From assembly GCA_041501125.1 (NCBI GenBank), contig JBGQNO010000003.1, positions 2,399-66,398 of the forward strand: 64,000 nucleotides of DNA, written 5' to 3'. Below, one piece after another: positions 18,433 to 28,262 of the stretch; the first letter of the stretch is position 1; each line of letters opens with the position of its first letter. The stretch comes from Candidatus Nanoarchaeia archaeon. Its GTDB lineage: Archaea; Nanobdellota; Nanobdellia; Pacearchaeales; GW2011-AR1. Made by a program: the position numbers and the translations under genes. The notes below the pieces were generated by a model that saw only the letters and a program-made list of their open reading frames with translations, was not told the origin of the DNA and searched no databases.

Positions 18433-18852
18433 TTATACAGGCTCTATCTCATCACCAAGAAGATTATGGTCTTTGTGCAGGTTTATCCTGAAGAAATTCT
18501 CGATTTTCTTTATTACATCTGGATTTTCAGGCTCTTTGCCAGATTCTATTTTTGCTACATCCTGTTCTGATATACCAATTTCCTCGGCAAGCTGTTTTTG
18601 GCTTAGTCTTGTCCTTCTTCTTGACATCATTACCTGCCAGTGGAAATTATCAATAAGACTGCTTGAAATAGATTTTTTTGCTTTTTGCGCAAGAGCATAT
18701 TTTATTGCATTTTCTTCAGAAGGACGCCTTATTATTGGCAAGCCTTCGTGTTTTGCGCATTCATCACACATTAATACCAAACCATTGTTAGCCAGAACCT
18801 GACATAACAACGCCTCGTTTTCTGCTTTGCCGCATATCTTGCAGTTTTTCAT
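18433..18852 (-). CDS. MBF1-like transcription cofactor (zinc ribbon plus XRE-type HTH)
   Basis: N-terminal CKICG..CDEC ribbon, C-terminal RLSQKQLAEEIGISEQDVAKIESGK HTH. Confidence 0.6.
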   Translation of the reverse strand: MKNCKICGKAENEALLCQVLANNGLVLMCDECAKHEGLPIIRRPSEENAIKYALAQKAKKSISSSLIDNFHWQVMMSRRRTRLSQKQLAEEIGISEQDVAKIESGKEPENPDVIKKIENFFRINLHKDHNLLGDEIEPV

Positions 18853-18932
18853 GCTTATCTCAGAGTTTTGTGATTTTTATACTTTATGCTTGTCTAAGTG
18901 ATATTTAAAAATATACAAGTCTTATAGAAATA

Positions 18933-19562
18933 ATGGCAGAAGCCAGTTTAAAAGAGAAATTTAATGCATTTTGGAAAAGATTTTGGTTTATTATCTGGAA
19001 AGATGAGAGCTTGCTGGGTTGGATTGTCTCGCTATTGTTCGCGTTCCTTATCATAAAATTTATTTTCTTTCCAGGATTGGCGCTGATATTCGGCGCAAGC
19101 ACTCCTTTAGTTGTAGTAGAATCGAGCAGCATGCATCATTCAGGAAACTTTTTGCTCAATTATCTTGGTGCAGAGTCGATGTTTAAGCAATGGTGGCAGC
19201 AGTCTGGTGAATGGTATGAAAACGTAGGGATCAGTGAGCAGGATGCTGAGAAATGGCAATTGAGAACTGGGCTGGAAATAGGAGATGTTGCAGTAGTCTG
19301 GCGCGCAGGCAACTTGCATATAGGAGATGTAATTGTTTTTAATGCAGATCAAAAGTATCCGATTATCCACAGGATAATAAATATCTCAGAAGTAAATGGC
19401 AGAACTGTTTATTCAACAAAAGGAGATAATAACATGGGACAATTGTTCGTTGAACAGAGAATTCCAGAAGATGCAATAATTGGCAAGGCAGTTTTCAGGA
19501 TTCCGGTTATCGGCTGGGTAAAACTTGTTTTCGTGAAGCTTGCAGGTTTAGTTACTGGCTGA
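18933..19562 (+). CDS. Signal peptidase I, archaeal/Sec11 type
   Basis: TM anchor then VVVESSSMHH (catalytic Ser), GDVIVF, IIHRII (His), TKGDNN. Confidence 0.7.
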   Translation: MAEASLKEKFNAFWKRFWFIIWKDESLLGWIVSLLFAFLIIKFIFFPGLALIFGASTPLVVVESSSMHHSGNFLLNYLGAESMFKQWWQQSGEWYENVGISEQDAEKWQLRTGLEIGDVAVVWRAGNLHIGDVIVFNADQKYPIIHRIINISEVNGRTVYSTKGDNNMGQLFVEQRIPEDAIIGKAVFRIPVIGWVKLVFVKLAGLVTG

Positions 19563-19767
19563 CGTATTGTGCTATCTTTGCTTCAAGTGCTTCTTTTAAG
19601 AATGGATTTTCTACTTTTGGAAGCAATCTTTTTGCCTCTCTGATATAAAACTCTCTAATATTCTGTCCTGTAGTCGGTTCTACACATGGTTCATCAATAT
19701 GTTTTATTAGAAGTATTGCTGCTTCTGTATATGCTATTTGTGTATCCAAGCTTGTTTCGTTTGTCAT
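19552..19767 (-). CDS. Hypothetical small protein
   Basis: Track ORF 71 aa; overlaps signal peptidase 3' end by 11 nt (convergent); no family recognised. Confidence 0.3.
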   Translation of the reverse strand: MTNETSLDTQIAYTEAAILLIKHIDEPCVEPTTGQNIREFYIREAKRLLPKVENPFLKEALEAKIAQYVSQ

Positions 19768-19834
19768 AGTTTACTATATACACTGGAGTATATAAACCCT
19801 TGTATTGTTGTATCTTAGGAGTAGTGACTTTATA

Positions 19835-21463
19835 CTACTGTAGGCTTTTTAGAATGCTGTCCAAGTCAAGCTGCAGTATAGAGACTGGAAGTTTCATATG
19901 CCACTTTTTCAAGATTGATGGATGGACTTCGCCTATTACACCGAGTATTTGTTTCTTGTGGCTTAGGATTGCTGTCCTGCCGGAAATTGTGCTTGAATGC
20001 TCTCCAGCTTCCAGCTCGAATTTAATTGCCAGCATTCTTTCCAGATATTCCAAAACTTGCTTGGCTTCTGTGAAATTTCCTGGTGCAATGGCAAGGCACA
20101 ATTGTTCCTTTTCAGCAATGCCTGTCTCCTGCTCCTTGTCAATTGAAAAGACAGTGCCAAGCTCAAATATTTTTTGAGGATACTCTTTGGCAATGTTTTC
20201 CGCGAGTGTCTTCAGACACGAACATAGCAAATCTGGCCTTAGAACTGTATAATCTGTCTTGCTTCGTTCAACTTCTATCTCTGACTTGCTGCCTGATTTT
20301 TTAACATCATCTTTAGTGAGCAAGTGATAAGAGGATATTTCAAGCATTCCTAGTCCTATTAGCAAATCTGAAATCTTTTTCTTCAATTGTTCCTTGTGGT
20401 CAGACTCGCCTATTGTTGCAATCTTCGGTAGTTCTGGCTTGAAATTGTCCATGCCATATGCAATTGCAATATCTTCAATAATATCAACCTCATGCATAAT
20501 ATCAGTCCTGTATGCAGGAATCTCAACTGTTTTATTTTTGTATCCATAGCCCATTCTTTCAAGTAGTTTTTTCACTTCCTGTTCTTTTAGCTCAAGCCCA
20601 AGCAGATTGTTTACATTCTCAATCTCAATCTTCATTTTCTCTGGCGCAAGATTAGGAGTTACTTCAGGCTTGTCATATAAAAGTTTCATTTGATATACTG
20701 TCCCTTGTATGTCAGCGAACATTGTAACGAGTATGTTCAAGGTTTTCTTTAAAATATCAAGATTAAACCCAGAACATTCAATGAAGATATCCTGTGTTGA
20801 CTGGGTGATTTTGCCTGTTTCACTGCTGTTTATAATTGGAGGCATGCTTAATATTTTTCCATCAGCGTCTACAAATACTGGAAATAATGGTTTGCCTTCA
20901 AGTAAGTGAGCGTACTCTCTGCCTGTTGGATGCTGCTGCAGAATCTGCAAGCCATTCATTTCCTTGTCAGACTCGAGTGGAATGAATCTAATGTCATCTG
21001 GCTTTCTGGCTTCAAATCTTATCGGCAGCTTGATTTTCTCAAGCGGATAGATTCCAATTGCAATCTTTTTCCTATTTCGTCCGAGGGTTGTATGAATCTT
21101 CTCTTGAATATCTATGACTTCCTTAATCTTCTCGTCATCAAACTTTAAGCCCTTGACAATTGCGCAGGCTGTATATGGTCTGATGTCTTTTACTGACTTG
21201 TCTATCTTGACTTCAAAATCTTTTGCAGGCTTATTTACTTTGTATTCTTTTAATCCGGTTTTCTTGCCAATAAATGCAAGAAAACCTCGCATAAAACCGG
21301 GCAGAGAATAAAGGTCAGGGCGGTTAGGCATAATCTCTATCTCAACCTCTTCTTTGTTCAGAGATTCAAGATTAGTCCCAAACATGCTGATTTTGTCTTC
21401 AATCTCAGGAGTAAGCTTGATATATTTTTCAAATTCTTTTCTTGAAAATTTTATATTTGCCAT
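19835..21463 (-). CDS. pheT: Phenylalanyl-tRNA synthetase beta subunit (archaeal type)
   Basis: 542 aa; MANIKFSRKEFEKYI..IEIMPNRPDLYS B3/4 and B5 layout typical of archaeal PheT. Confidence 0.9.
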   Translation of the reverse strand: MANIKFSRKEFEKYIKLTPEIEDKISMFGTNLESLNKEEVEIEIMPNRPDLYSLPGFMRGFLAFIGKKTGLKEYKVNKPAKDFEVKIDKSVKDIRPYTACAIVKGLKFDDEKIKEVIDIQEKIHTTLGRNRKKIAIGIYPLEKIKLPIRFEARKPDDIRFIPLESDKEMNGLQILQQHPTGREYAHLLEGKPLFPVFVDADGKILSMPPIINSSETGKITQSTQDIFIECSGFNLDILKKTLNILVTMFADIQGTVYQMKLLYDKPEVTPNLAPEKMKIEIENVNNLLGLELKEQEVKKLLERMGYGYKNKTVEIPAYRTDIMHEVDIIEDIAIAYGMDNFKPELPKIATIGESDHKEQLKKKISDLLIGLGMLEISSYHLLTKDDVKKSGSKSEIEVERSKTDYTVLRPDLLCSCLKTLAENIAKEYPQKIFELGTVFSIDKEQETGIAEKEQLCLAIAPGNFTEAKQVLEYLERMLAIKFELEAGEHSSTISGRTAILSHKKQILGVIGEVHPSILKKWHMKLPVSILQLDLDSILKSLQ

Positions 21464-21464
21464 A

Positions 21465-21725
21465 TCATTCTAGCTCGATGAGCCAAACTCCTTTTTCTTT
21501 TATCTGTTCTGGACTCCAGAACTCGTTTAAGTTTATTTTGTTAAGATTCTTGACTTGTTTTTTCATGCTCCTGCCTGTATACTGCTTTGTTTGAGGATTG
21601 TATTCTTCCAGGACAAGTATATCTCCTAGTTTCAAGTCAAAGTCAGCAAGCCTTATGTCTGCTTTCTTCTCGCCTTTGAGTATTTTCTCAAACAATTCAG
21701 GCCAGCATTTCTTTTTTATTTCCAT
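21465..21725 (-). CDS. DUF3850/ASCH-like (PUA-fold) small protein
   Basis: KKCWPELFEKILKGEKKADIRLADFDLKLGDILVLEEY matches the W-P-E-x-F..G-x-K-x-x-E/D-I-R..GD-x-L-x-L-x-E pattern of DUF3850. Confidence 0.55.
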   Translation of the reverse strand: MEIKKKCWPELFEKILKGEKKADIRLADFDLKLGDILVLEEYNPQTKQYTGRSMKKQVKNLNKINLNEFWSPEQIKEKGVWLIELE

Positions 21726-21726
21726 T

Positions 21727-23247
21727 TTATTTCAACCACGGTTTAATTTTTCTTAATTGAGCCAGATTATTTGAATAAAGTTCTCTTAAGTCCTTGATTG
21801 CATAATAATCCATCAGTGCCCTGTCAAAGCCAGGGCCCCATGCAAGCACTGGAATATACTCTCCAAGCAGCGCAATTACAACTTCTGGCCTGAACATGCC
21901 TGCACCGCCAAGCTCGAGCCATGTTTTTCTTTCAGAATGCCAGACATAAATTGAAATGGATGGCTCTGTGTACGGGAAGTATGATGGAACGAATTTTACT
22001 TTCTCAAATCCCATTTTTTTGTAGAACTCCTGTAAGTATCCAAGGAGATGTCCAAAATTAGCATTTTTGTCAATGACAATACCTTCTGTCTGGTTGAATT
22101 CAAATCCGTGGCTCCAGTCAACTGTCTCGTTTCTGAAGCATTTTCCGATTGCAAAGTATTTTCCTGTTTTGTCCTTCAGATTTTTTAATGATGCAAGAGT
22201 ATGCGCTGAAAGACATGTTGTATGTGTCCTTAAAACAACTCGCTTAGGCTCTTCTTCGCTCCATTTATATCTCCAGCCCTTGCTGCCAAGAACACCTTGT
22301 TCATGCGCTTTTTTTACAGCATCAAGAAGTTCTTTGTCTGGAAGTTTGCCTTTCACATCTTTGATGTAGAATGTATCGTGAATTTCTCGGACAGGATGGT
22401 CTTGTGCTGTGAACAAAGCATCAAAGTTCCAGAATCCTGTCTGCGTCAAGGTACCTGTCATTTCTTTAAAACCAAGTTCTGTCCAGAGTTTTCTTGCATA
22501 GTCTATTGATTGGTTTACAAAATGGCGTTTGCCGCCTGATATTTCCGGCACTTTGCTTGTGATATCATATTTCCTGAACTTCCTACCTTTCCATGTTTCA
22601 TTCATAATCATGTCAGGAGTAAGAGCTTCAATCATATCTTTGAATTTGCTGATATCTTCCTTGACAAGTTCTTTTCCTAATTGAGTGAGCTCGATGTTTA
22701 CAGTTCTCTGGTCTTTCACTAGAATAATCTCTTTTCTTGACCTTAGGCTATCAAGAGCATAGAGTTGTTCTGGAGTCAGCTTTGGTTCGTCTATTGGAAG
22801 CAGCTCAAGAAATTGTTCTTCAAGAGATTTTTTCATTATCTCTTCCTTGCTGGCTTTCAGGATAATTTTTCCATCTTTCAGCTCTATCAATGCTTTGCTC
22901 TTCAGAGTTCCAAGCGCGACCTTAAATTCATTATCGCTCAGCTTTGATTTTGATTTTGCCTTTTCAAGCTCAATTTCCGGGACTTCTGTGACTGTATTAA
23001 GAAGCCTTCGTTCTGGCAAACCGTGCTTCAGGTAGACGACTCCGTTCTTGTCCAGATCTATAATCTTCTTGGTCTCGGATTTCAGTTTGACTATGCCTTT
23101 ATTCTCAAGGTATTGCAGGCTTCTGAGTATCTTTGTCTCATCAAGCTTTGACTTTTCCTTGATTCTTTCAAGCGTGCCTGCTTCAAGATACTCAAGTAGC
23201 GTGCGCTCGTCAGGGCTTAGTGATTCGAGAACTTCCTGGTTTTCCAT
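21727..23247 (-). CDS. pheS: Phenylalanyl-tRNA synthetase alpha subunit (archaeal type)
   Basis: N-terminal wH repeats, class II core with FRNETVDWSHGFEFNQTEG (motif 2) and GAGMFRPEV. Confidence 0.9.
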   Translation of the reverse strand: MENQEVLESLSPDERTLLEYLEAGTLERIKEKSKLDETKILRSLQYLENKGIVKLKSETKKIIDLDKNGVVYLKHGLPERRLLNTVTEVPEIELEKAKSKSKLSDNEFKVALGTLKSKALIELKDGKIILKASKEEIMKKSLEEQFLELLPIDEPKLTPEQLYALDSLRSRKEIILVKDQRTVNIELTQLGKELVKEDISKFKDMIEALTPDMIMNETWKGRKFRKYDITSKVPEISGGKRHFVNQSIDYARKLWTELGFKEMTGTLTQTGFWNFDALFTAQDHPVREIHDTFYIKDVKGKLPDKELLDAVKKAHEQGVLGSKGWRYKWSEEEPKRVVLRTHTTCLSAHTLASLKNLKDKTGKYFAIGKCFRNETVDWSHGFEFNQTEGIVIDKNANFGHLLGYLQEFYKKMGFEKVKFVPSYFPYTEPSISIYVWHSERKTWLELGGAGMFRPEVVIALLGEYIPVLAWGPGFDRALMDYYAIKDLRELYSNNLAQLRKIKPWLK

Positions 23248-23291
23248 CTTTGAGACAAGGTAAAATATTTTATAAAGCTTACCTATCTATT

Positions 23292-24122
23292 ATGAGAATG
23301 AGGCATGCAAGTTTTGCTGGACAATTCTATCCTGCTGACAAAAACGAATTGGAAAAGACAGTGAAAAGCCTGCTGATTTCTGAGAAAAAGGAAAATGTCA
23401 AGGCAGTTATTGTGCCTCATGCTGGCTATATGTTCTCAGGCAGGATTGCAGGCGAGACATTCAGCCTTATACCCAAGAAAAAGGATTTTATCATGCTTGG
23501 AGTGAATCATACTGGACTTGGCAAGAAGATATGCTTCTCTCTTGAAGACTGGGAAACTCCTCTAGGAATAGTAAAAATAAACAAAGACCTTGCTGAAAAG
23601 ATTATGCATAAACTGAAGAAAGAAGGCTTGGATGTCGAGGTTAATGAACTGGCGCATGCTGAAGAGCATAGTATTGAAGTGCAGTTGCCATTCTTGCAGA
23701 TGACTCAGAAGAAGTTTGAGATTGTGCCGATAATGTTTGCTGAACTTGATTATGATGAATGCAAGAAAATTGCTGAGGCATTAAAAGAGTTTGTCAATGA
23801 CAAGGAAGCGATAGTTGCTTCATCAGATTTCACGCACTACGGCTCCAGTTATAATTTTGTTCCGTTTGATTCGAATGTCAGGGAAAACTTGTACAAGCTG
23901 GATGATGAAATCATTCTGCAAATCCTGAAGAAGCAGAGCAAGGCATTCTATCATATGGCAAGCAAAAGCACAGTCTGCGGAGTTTATGGAATAACTATCT
24001 TGACTGAACTTGCCAAGCTGAAAAGCTGGAAATCAAAACTTGTCAAGTATACTACCTCGGGTGATATAACAAAAATCTGGGATAATGTAGTTGGTTATGC
24101 TGGAATTGTGTTTGAAGGCTGA
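23292..24122 (+). CDS. MEMO1-family protein (AmmeMemoRadiSam system protein B family)
   Basis: MRMRHASFAGQFYP..VIVPHAGYMFSG..EHSIEVQLPFLQ; start moved to Met at 23292 because the track start at 23220 overlaps the pheS start. Confidence 0.75.
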   Translation: MRMRHASFAGQFYPADKNELEKTVKSLLISEKKENVKAVIVPHAGYMFSGRIAGETFSLIPKKKDFIMLGVNHTGLGKKICFSLEDWETPLGIVKINKDLAEKIMHKLKKEGLDVEVNELAHAEEHSIEVQLPFLQMTQKKFEIVPIMFAELDYDECKKIAEALKEFVNDKEAIVASSDFTHYGSSYNFVPFDSNVRENLYKLDDEIILQILKKQSKAFYHMASKSTVCGVYGITILTELAKLKSWKSKLVKYTTSGDITKIWDNVVGYAGIVFEG

Positions 24123-24132
24123 TTAATTCTCG

Positions 24133-24207
24133 GAATTAATGTTGATAACGTTTTACCCATCGGGGTGAACAGGTGTGGCATGTTTGTCTGGCATCGCAAA
24201 TTAATGG
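24133..24207. repeat. Conserved intergenic element, copy C
   Basis: GAATTAAT..ATAACGTTTTACCCATCGGGGTGAAC..GGCAT..ATTAATGG; shares both flanks and the TTTTACCC-N4-GGGTG hairpin with copy A. Confidence 0.6.
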
Positions 24208-24252
24208 TTGCTTAAGCGTCTCCTAATTTTTACTTTAATTCTTTTCTGCTAT

Positions 24253-24711
24253 CTATTCGTATTTTGTGAACGCAGTTATCTTCGCAAACTTTGTGTTTGC
24301 GCCAAGAGTCAATAGAAATGAGAATAAGTCATAGTTATCCCTGCCTGATTTGTTGATTATGCCTGTTTTTACATTGTATTTCTGCAAAAGCATGATATTC
24401 TGCATCAGCCTGCCAAGAATTTTTGCTTTTTCAATGCCTTCTGTTTCAATTATTTCTTTGAAATCAATGAAAATTATCTTGCCAGAGTCTCGGCATATTT
24501 TTGCTAAAACTTGGTTTAATCCGCTTCCTCGTTCTTTCAAACTGTCTTTCTGCCCTTTGTGCATTAAAACCAGAGCTTTGACTTTCTTGTTTTCAAGTAT
24601 CTTGCGGTTAAAGTCAATTTTATTTCCTTGTACAACTGGAAAATGCTTGCCAGCAAGTTTGTCGATTTCTCTTCTGACTTTGTCTGGATTGAGCTCTGTA
24701 ATGATATTCAT
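24253..24711 (-). CDS. RNase P protein subunit Rpp30-like, short
   Basis: SGLNQVLAKICRDSGKIIFIDFKEII..ILGRLMQNIMLLQKYNVKTGI..LLTLG resembles the C-terminal two-thirds of archaeal Rpp30 (about 210 aa); recalled similarity only. Confidence 0.45.
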   Translation of the reverse strand: MNIITELNPDKVRREIDKLAGKHFPVVQGNKIDFNRKILENKKVKALVLMHKGQKDSLKERGSGLNQVLAKICRDSGKIIFIDFKEIIETEGIEKAKILGRLMQNIMLLQKYNVKTGIINKSGRDNYDLFSFLLTLGANTKFAKITAFTKYE

Positions 24712-24755
24712 AATATAATCAAGAAAATAGGATTTTTATATTTAACAGCCAGGTT

Positions 24756-25340
24756 TTAATCGCATTCGAGCTCTTCAATAAGAAGCCTCTTAGATTCAAC
24801 ATTTTCAAATCTCATGAATGTTAACAATTCTTTAGCTTGCTGATTTCTTGTCCAAATTCTTTGAGCATCTGGCAAATACAAACTTGAAGTTACTAACTGG
24901 ACTGAATGAGGCGTTTTCTCTGCCTTCTTTAACCATCTTGATTTAGTCCAAGATGGCTTGAAAATTAATCTTTTTTCATGATCTGTCATTTGATAATTTT
25001 TATCGCCTGCACTCAAAACAAGATGCCAAGAGTCATAGTCCATAAAAACTCCATTAATATCTTCAAATGAAAAAAGAACATTGTTTGGAGACTCTTCTTT
25101 TTTTCTATACTCTTTTCCGCTTGGACCCCATGACAAAAGTCTTCTCCACTGATTTTGATAACCGGTCATGCGAATATCTTCTTCAGTTGAGCCAACTGCT
25201 AGAAATACTGGATAAAACCTAACTTCCTTTTCTAACCATAAATAAGCATCTTTAAAATCTGCATCAAAATATTTAGGATTAGCTATTATTTCTCCGTAAA
25301 CTGTAGAATCCAAGCTTCTGCAATGAGGGTATATTAACAT
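24756..25340 (-). CDS. Hypothetical protein
   Basis: Track ORF 194 aa; no family recognised. Confidence 0.35.
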   Translation of the reverse strand: MLIYPHCRSLDSTVYGEIIANPKYFDADFKDAYLWLEKEVRFYPVFLAVGSTEEDIRMTGYQNQWRRLLSWGPSGKEYRKKEESPNNVLFSFEDINGVFMDYDSWHLVLSAGDKNYQMTDHEKRLIFKPSWTKSRWLKKAEKTPHSVQLVTSSLYLPDAQRIWTRNQQAKELLTFMRFENVESKRLLIEELECD

Positions 25341-25393
25341 AACTACAGGTAATTAACAAATATTTAAAAACTGGTTCCTCTTATTCAATAAGA

Positions 25394-26344
25394 ATGGCAG
25401 AACATAAAGTTCCAAAACTTTGGTATAAACAATGGTGGGCTATTGTTGCTTTTGTTATTGCTGGAATATTTCTTATTTACTTACTATCTTCAAAGTCATC
25501 TTCTAATAATCCTTCTACCTCACAGCTTCCAGACTCTCAACCAAGTCTAAGAAGTTCTGATGCTCATTGGATAGGCAATTTTATGGAGCTTTCAAAAGAT
25601 AATAGTTTAGAATTTAGATTTAGTTTATATGATAGTTCAAAAAAATATACCGCAGGAGACGGAGCAGGAACTTTGAAAATTATTAGTTCTGATGGAGAAA
25701 CTGTCTATCAGGGCAATATTAATGTTAAGAAGGAAGACTTTGGCACATATACCCTTACTCTTACACAAGAAGATTTCTTAGCTTATGTTTGGGAAATTCC
25801 AATAAGTGCGATTAACAAATCTAGTTCTTCAAGTGGAACTGCTTACTTGAGTTTTTCAACTAAAGAGTCTCAATTTGAAACTTTAGATACTTCTATTTGG
25901 GGCTTGCCTACTTATACCCAAGAGGAACTTAAACAATTAAATGAAGAAAGTTTTGTTGGAGTACCTGTAAATCAAACAAAATCTTATGGAGCTTTTCAAA
26001 TTACAATACAGAAAGCAGGATTCTTTACGCCAATGGTTTCTTATGGAGATAAGAAAGGGTACTTTAGAGTTGACTTAGAGGTTAAAAATATAGGCAGTGA
26101 AGCAGAGTATTTCTCTCCTTCTGGAATGGTTATACTCGATAATCAAGGTAATCAATATGAAATGGAATATGGCGGTAGTTTAGATACATTCTCACAAATA
26201 TACCCTGGTGTAAAGAAAAGTGGATATATTTTATTTAATAAAATACCTTCTGATTCTCAAAATATAAAATTGGTATTTCAGTTAGGATATGACTCAGATT
26301 ATAAACAGTACACTTATCAGTATAACATTCCTTTAGCAAAATAA
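25394..26344 (+). CDS. Membrane-anchored DUF4352-like (Ig-fold) protein
   Basis: N-terminal anchor KLWYKQWWAIVAFVIAGIFLIYLL; C-terminal FRVDLEVKNIGSEAEYFSPSGMVILDNQGNQYE..PGVKKSGYILF pattern typical of DUF4352. Confidence 0.5.
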   Translation: MAEHKVPKLWYKQWWAIVAFVIAGIFLIYLLSSKSSSNNPSTSQLPDSQPSLRSSDAHWIGNFMELSKDNSLEFRFSLYDSSKKYTAGDGAGTLKIISSDGETVYQGNINVKKEDFGTYTLTLTQEDFLAYVWEIPISAINKSSSSSGTAYLSFSTKESQFETLDTSIWGLPTYTQEELKQLNEESFVGVPVNQTKSYGAFQITIQKAGFFTPMVSYGDKKGYFRVDLEVKNIGSEAEYFSPSGMVILDNQGNQYEMEYGGSLDTFSQIYPGVKKSGYILFNKIPSDSQNIKLVFQLGYDSDYKQYTYQYNIPLAK

Positions 26345-26450
26345 AAACTAACTGCCTCATCTCCGACTTCTTTTTAGAAAAAAGACGGAAAGTTTTCTTA
26401 GTCTTCAATGAAAAGGAGCATTAATAAAGCTAGCAATTATCTATTGTTAC

Positions 26451-27035
26451 ATGCCGGAAAAATTAAAAAAAGCTTGGTATAAAAGATGGTGGGCAATAGT
26501 TCTGTTTATCTTTATTGGTTTTGGAATTATTGTAAGTTTTATTCCAAATGAGTCCGACAAAGGCGTAGTTACTACGGAAAAAAGTAATGAATTAATCACA
26601 AAAACACCTAGTGAGATGCTTCCAATACGAACAGAAATACCAACCGAATTTACAATGGATAATAACAAAGAAGTAATAATCAATTTCAGCGGTTTTGAGT
26701 TAGGTAACACTCTTTCAACATCGAAACTTGAAGGAGGTGTTGGACTTATATCTATTGATTATACAATCTATAAGTTCTCTAGAGTAGAAGATGCTAAATC
26801 ATGGTACGACAAAAGAATTAATGAAATCAAAGAAATTGGCGGTTATAAAGAGATAGATATTCCTGGTTGTTTTGCTTACAAGGAAGATTTTGGAGTACAA
26901 GGTGAAGATGGAGCAAGTATATGCTTAAAGAACAATATTGTTTACATAATTGGTGGTAATGCTGCTCAAACATTAAAATCTATAGATGGTTTTATGAAAG
27001 ATGCAGTTTCACTTCTTAGAGAAAAGATAAACTGA
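26451..27035 (+). CDS. Membrane-anchored hypothetical protein
   Basis: N-terminal anchor KAWYKRWWAIVLFIFIGFGIIV, nearly the same as the preceding gene; ectodomain unrecognised. Confidence 0.4.
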   Translation: MPEKLKKAWYKRWWAIVLFIFIGFGIIVSFIPNESDKGVVTTEKSNELITKTPSEMLPIRTEIPTEFTMDNNKEVIINFSGFELGNTLSTSKLEGGVGLISIDYTIYKFSRVEDAKSWYDKRINEIKEIGGYKEIDIPGCFAYKEDFGVQGEDGASICLKNNIVYIIGGNAAQTLKSIDGFMKDAVSLLREKIN

Positions 27036-27062
27036 TATAACTTTTTTGGATGTTGCATTAAA

Positions 27063-27749
27063 CTAACCTTCAATCGTTGTTCCCTTGAATGACTTGCCTG
27101 AAAGCAAGTTGTCAAGATTCTTCAAATTCTGTCCAAGAATATAGGTTTTTATCTTGTGCTCCATAATAATGTCTGCGGCATGCTGGTCCAGGACAAAGTG
27201 CTGTCCGGGTTTGTATTTTATTGCATTAGCCCGTTTCCAAAACATTTTCCATGAAATCTCAGGAATGAATTTTGCATCCTTGAATTCTTTTGGATTCTTT
27301 GTATACAATCCTGGAACATTAGTAAGGTTTATGAAACTGCTTTTGAGATGCTTGGCAATCTGCGCAGCAGTGCTGTCTGATGTCTGGTCTGGCGCATATC
27401 TCAATGCGCCGCAGAAAACAATGTCGTTTTTCTTCAGCAGTCCCTGAACCTGCTTGATATCATGCGGAATTCCTTTGTTTGCATCCTTGCCGAAGAAGTA
27501 TGTCATGAATCTTGCATTTAATCTTGTTACTGCAATTCCAGCCATGCTCTGCAAATACTCTGACTTGCCAATCTCTTTCAATGCCCTGATGTATTTTCTT
27601 GCGACACTTCCGCCGCCGCAAACCACCACAAATTTCCAGTTATTCTTATGCTTGTCAAGCACTTTTTTGAATTTCAGCAGAAATTTAATGTCTATCTCAT
27701 CAGGCACAATCAAGCTGCCTCCAAGACTTATAACAACCTCTTTTTTCAT
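27063..27749 (-). CDS. pyrH: UMP kinase, archaeal type
   Basis: VVISLGGSLIVP..VVVCGGGSVARKYI..TSDSTAAQIA..; 228 aa, amino-acid-kinase fold pattern like archaeal PyrH. Confidence 0.85.
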   Translation of the reverse strand: MKKEVVISLGGSLIVPDEIDIKFLLKFKKVLDKHKNNWKFVVVCGGGSVARKYIRALKEIGKSEYLQSMAGIAVTRLNARFMTYFFGKDANKGIPHDIKQVQGLLKKNDIVFCGALRYAPDQTSDSTAAQIAKHLKSSFINLTNVPGLYTKNPKEFKDAKFIPEISWKMFWKRANAIKYKPGQHFVLDQHAADIIMEHKIKTYILGQNLKNLDNLLSGKSFKGTTIEG

Positions 27750-27830
27750 TAATGTACAAGACAGTTGCTGTTTTTAAATTTTATACTTCAGTATATAAAT
27801 GGTTAAAAATAAGAGTTTTGTTGTAGATTT

Positions 27831-28262
27831 ATGATAGACAATAATATTCTGCAGAGCACATTAAGGGTTTTGCTTGATAGCATGTTTGGACAAAATAATA
27901 TAAAATACAAGTTTGCAGTTAGCGCGAACAAAGATTATTGCTATGCTGAATTATTCGGAGTTAAATACTCTTTTACATCGATTCAAGACAGCCACAGTAC
28001 AAGAATTGTAATTGAGATAGAGAATGCAGGTGTAGATTTGGAATGCAGACTAAAGCAGAATCTTCCAAGCAACAATAAAATGGATGAGATCTCACTGTTC
28101 TTCGCAGATGGAAAGTACGAAAAGAAGGACAGTTCACTTAACATCTCTTACAGAATCAAGAAAAGAGTTGAACCCGGAGACAGAGAAGTCATGTTCAGGA
28201 GCGAATTCTGGGGCAACATACTTCAGCCTGTTTTAAAGGCAGTTAGAGAACCTAAACAGTAA
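27831..28262 (+). CDS. Hypothetical protein
   Basis: Track ORF 143 aa, no family recognised. Confidence 0.3.
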   Translation: MIDNNILQSTLRVLLDSMFGQNNIKYKFAVSANKDYCYAELFGVKYSFTSIQDSHSTRIVIEIENAGVDLECRLKQNLPSNNKMDEISLFFADGKYEKKDSSLNISYRIKKRVEPGDREVMFRSEFWGNILQPVLKAVREPKQ

